A stretch of 64,000 nt of DNA from Macrostomum hystrix (taxonomy: Eukaryota > Animalia > Platyhelminthes), in NCBI GenBank assembly GCA_950097015.1, contig CATNEN010000006.1:62001-126000 (forward strand), read 5' to 3'. The translations under genes were made by a program, and so were the position numbers. Below are positions 60,860 to 64,000 of this stretch, one piece after another (positions within the stretch are counted from its first letter, which is position 1; every line of letters starts with the position of its first letter). The notes beneath the pieces are model-generated. The model had not been told where the DNA came from, searched no databases, and was given only the letters and a program-made list of their open reading frames with translations.

Positions 60860-62730
60860 TTAAGCCTTGGGTATGCCCGCCACAATGCTGCTCTCGATGC
60901 CGCACTCGTCCTTGCCGCGGAGGATCTTGAAGAAGCCGCCGAGGCCCCAGTCGGGGTTCCAGGAGTTGGCCACCAGCCAGTAGGGCGTGCCATTCTCAAC
61001 GCCCCAGCCCAGGATCTTGACAGCGTGGCCGCCCAGCTCACCGCCAGTGGTGTGCTGGTACACGCCGGACTTGTAGGTCGGGAAGTCGGCGTACACAGTG
61101 AACGCAGCCTCGACCGGGCCGTTGGTCATGATCTCCTTGGCGATGTCGTCCTGCTTGGAGGACACTGTGTAGACTGAGGCGCCTGTTAATCGGGACGCGA
61201 GATAGCCGGGTGGACTTGCTTATCCTTCGCTCGGTTTTTGTCAAATCTTAACAGCAGGACTACCAAGCCATTTTACCGCCCGCTTTTATAATCCCCCTGA
61301 ATTTTTTCTGGCAGCGCCTGAATGCTAACAGCGCCGGGTGGTGACTGATTGGTTGGCAGACTAGGCTTTGGTGTACAGTGGTTGAGCTGCGCCTAATATT
61401 TAGTCTTGATCGGTGAAATTGGAGAAATTCGCGTCAGGGTGTCCAGAGTGGCTTAGTTCCACCTGTTGTAGCCCTTGTAGGTCCAGTAGCTCCGTCTAGA
61501 TAAAGGTAGGTGACCACCGAAGACGGAGATGATGCAGGCACATTCGCGTGACATGCTGATAAATTTTGAAGGCCTGGCAAGGCCGCATGAGGCGCAGTGC
61601 TAATTCGTGTATAGGGGTGGATGAAATACACTAGCGCTTATAGGAAAAATCAGACCTTCGGCTAGAACCATTGAATATCTCGACCGTCTGAAGAGCTGGC
61701 GACTTGATTCTTGTTTCAGAAGATGCGCAACAAAAAGTTGACCCGGGATTTTCCCATTGGTAGTTCTACTGTAAAACGAAAAGCGTCATTGACAAAGTGC
61801 TCACCAAAGTGCTTGTCGCTGCTGTATGTCATATTGTAGCCGGAGATGCACTCCTTCTTGCACTTAGGCGTCTGGGAGTCTCCGCTGCACGGCTGGTACT
61901 TGCCGGTGGTGTGGTGGTCGCAGTGCGGCAGGCTGTACGGCTGGCAGCCCTGCTGGGTGCCGTACTGGCCGCCAGTGACGATGCCGGTCTTCTTCCAGTA
62001 CTGCCAGGCCGACTCCGGGAAGCCGCCGTTGCAGCCCATGCCGCAGGAGAAGCCGCAGCAGCTCAGCAGGTCCTCGGCGCTGAGGTGCACTTGCACCTGC
62101 GGTGGTGGCAGATTTCGGGGTGATTCTTGAATTCACAACCAATTAAATATCTGAATGAGTGACTTATCCAATCAGACGCTTCCACGTCACTTTTCAGGCT
62201 AATTTGGCAAATCCCAGTCTGACGATCAGCCAATCAAAATCTTGCACGTCATTAGAAGCCAATCAAAGGCTTTCATGTTATCAGTCACTTGGTATTAACT
62301 TGGTGTTAACCTTGCCACCGCTGTGGATGCAGTGCCGGTCGGACATAGCCTCAACAGCGCCGAAGGCCCAACAGGAGCCGCAGTTGCTCTGGTCGCGCAC
62401 CTCCTGAATTGTCGGACAGTTTGGCCACTGGGTGCGGGAGTCGAACTCGGTCGGCAGATCGCCAATGTCCGAGCTCGGATAGCTCAGCACGGGCATTTCC
62501 GGCTTGTTTGGATTCGGAATGACGCCGAGAACTTTGCGAATATCGGACACAGTCTGAAACCTGTCAGTCTTGCCTGCTAGCCAGGTGGTGCCGGCATTGT
62601 TGACAAAGTCGATGAGCTCCTGGCTGAGCGGCTCGTGCATTGGCTGTACGATGTTCCTCTGGTCAGTGGCGTCCCTAGGATAAGCGCTGGTCGCAATGGC
62701 CAGAAGAAGCAAAAGGAACAGTCGCAGCAT
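60860..62730 (-). CDS. CTSB: Cathepsin B, 3 exons, 344 aa
   Basis: Exons 62311-62730, 61805-62096, 60860-61182. Signal peptide, [19 protein letters not shown] (catalytic Cys), occluding loop PHCDHH, GGHAV (His) and WLVANSWN (Asn). Confidence 0.97.
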
Positions 62731-63721
62731 TGTTTTCTGGTGCGTTGTCTCTGGTTGTTAGTTCGACGAAAAAAAATCTACGCTGATTGCTTGCTGTAGC
62801 GAGGCGAAACTTTTATTCTCCAGCTCTGCCTTATCATTTATCAAGCTAGCTATATCTGGAACTCTCACTCTATTCTTGCTGTAGCGTCAGCATTGCTGTT
62901 ATTATCTTGTGTCTTTGGCAAGTACCAATCGACCAGGCCGTGCTGCAGCGTGAGCACGAGTCGCACCAAGCTAACTGATTAGAGTCTGATAGCTCAGAAC
63001 TGACACTGACACTGACAGAATTTGACCCTTTCATGAAATTTTCTTCGAGTACCTGATAAGTTGGCTTTCAAGACCTGTGGATGTACAGCTGTTTTGTCTA
63101 TGGAATGGTGGCCGCCATAGGCCGTTGTTGTATACGCCAACGGCCAGCGATGTTGTATATTGAAAATCAATTCGCAAAACAGTGTTTCTAGTTTCTTAGC
63201 AAGCTAATTTCGTAGATAAACTATGAAACAGAATTTTCTTTCCGAGGTATTGAAACTCTGTTAATACACATTTCAGTAGTATGAACAGTATCACAATTAG
63301 CAAAAAAGAAGGTTTCATATCTTCGTGAACTAAGGCAGCTTGAAATAGTGTTTATCAAGTGAGACTGCAAGCTAAGCGGGCACCACAGCATTCATCTGGA
63401 TTCCAAGCTCTTTAGTGTCGCACAACTAGGTCATTCTTGTTCAGCTCTTTCTTTTCGTTCGAGACCCAAATTTGCGCCAACACATACAGGCACACACTGT
63501 GTTATGTACAAAGTTGATTCTATAATGATTCTGTGCAGTAACGACTAGACAGTTTTGGCGCTTATAATTAATTCCTTGCACAATGAGTCAGTAATTAGGC
63601 CATACGGCAATCTGATGTATCAGGTCGGGGCTCCATCCTCGATAAAGATCTTTGTTAAAAAATTGATTCCAGCCAGTTCAATATTTTAATTAGCAACTAT
63701 TATTACCTGCTGCATTTTGAA

Positions 63722-64000
63722 ACTGTTAGACTAGTGCCAGAACTGTCATACTAGTCCCAGAACTGTCATACTAGTCCCAGAACTGTCATACTAGTCCCAG
63801 AACTGTCATACTAGTCCCAGAACTGTCATACTAGTCCCAGAACTGTCATACTAGTCCCAGAACTGTCATACTAGTCCCAGAACTGTCATACTAGTCCCAG
63901 AACTGTCATACTAGTCCCAGAACTGTCATACTAGTCCCAGAACTGTCATACTAGTCCCAGAACTGTCATACTAGTCCCAGAACTGTCATACTAGTCCCAG
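63722..64000. repeat. 20-bp minisatellite (AACTGTCATACTAGTCCCAG), runs off the right edge
   Basis: Perfect tandem units. Confidence 0.97.

Overview
Eukaryotic (animal) genomic DNA with GC-rich exons and introns swollen by unrelated minisatellites. This organisation resembles the flatworm Macrostomum, which is an inference only. Six host genes can be reconstructed with phase-consistent GT-AG exons: a NACHT+WD40 (NWD-like) gene running off the left edge, FAM161-like, an intronless CH25H-like fatty acid hydroxylase/sterol desaturase, a small secreted neuropeptide precursor with a urotensin-II-like CxxKxC ring, LRRC57 and cathepsin B. A full-length 6.38-kb LOA-type non-LTR retrotransposon (APE-RT-RNase H) sits inside a 16-bp satellite with a 13-bp target-site duplication. 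There are eight copies of one tRNA-headed SINE, and a second SINE family is nested inside one of them. The main finding is that the LINE and both SINE families share a 3' two-stem hairpin with compensatory base changes plus a terminal GCCC(T)CCTGCA motif, which suggests a LINE/two-SINE mobilisation system. About 20 tandem arrays account for nearly all long repetitive ORFs in the ORF track, and these are rejected as coding.
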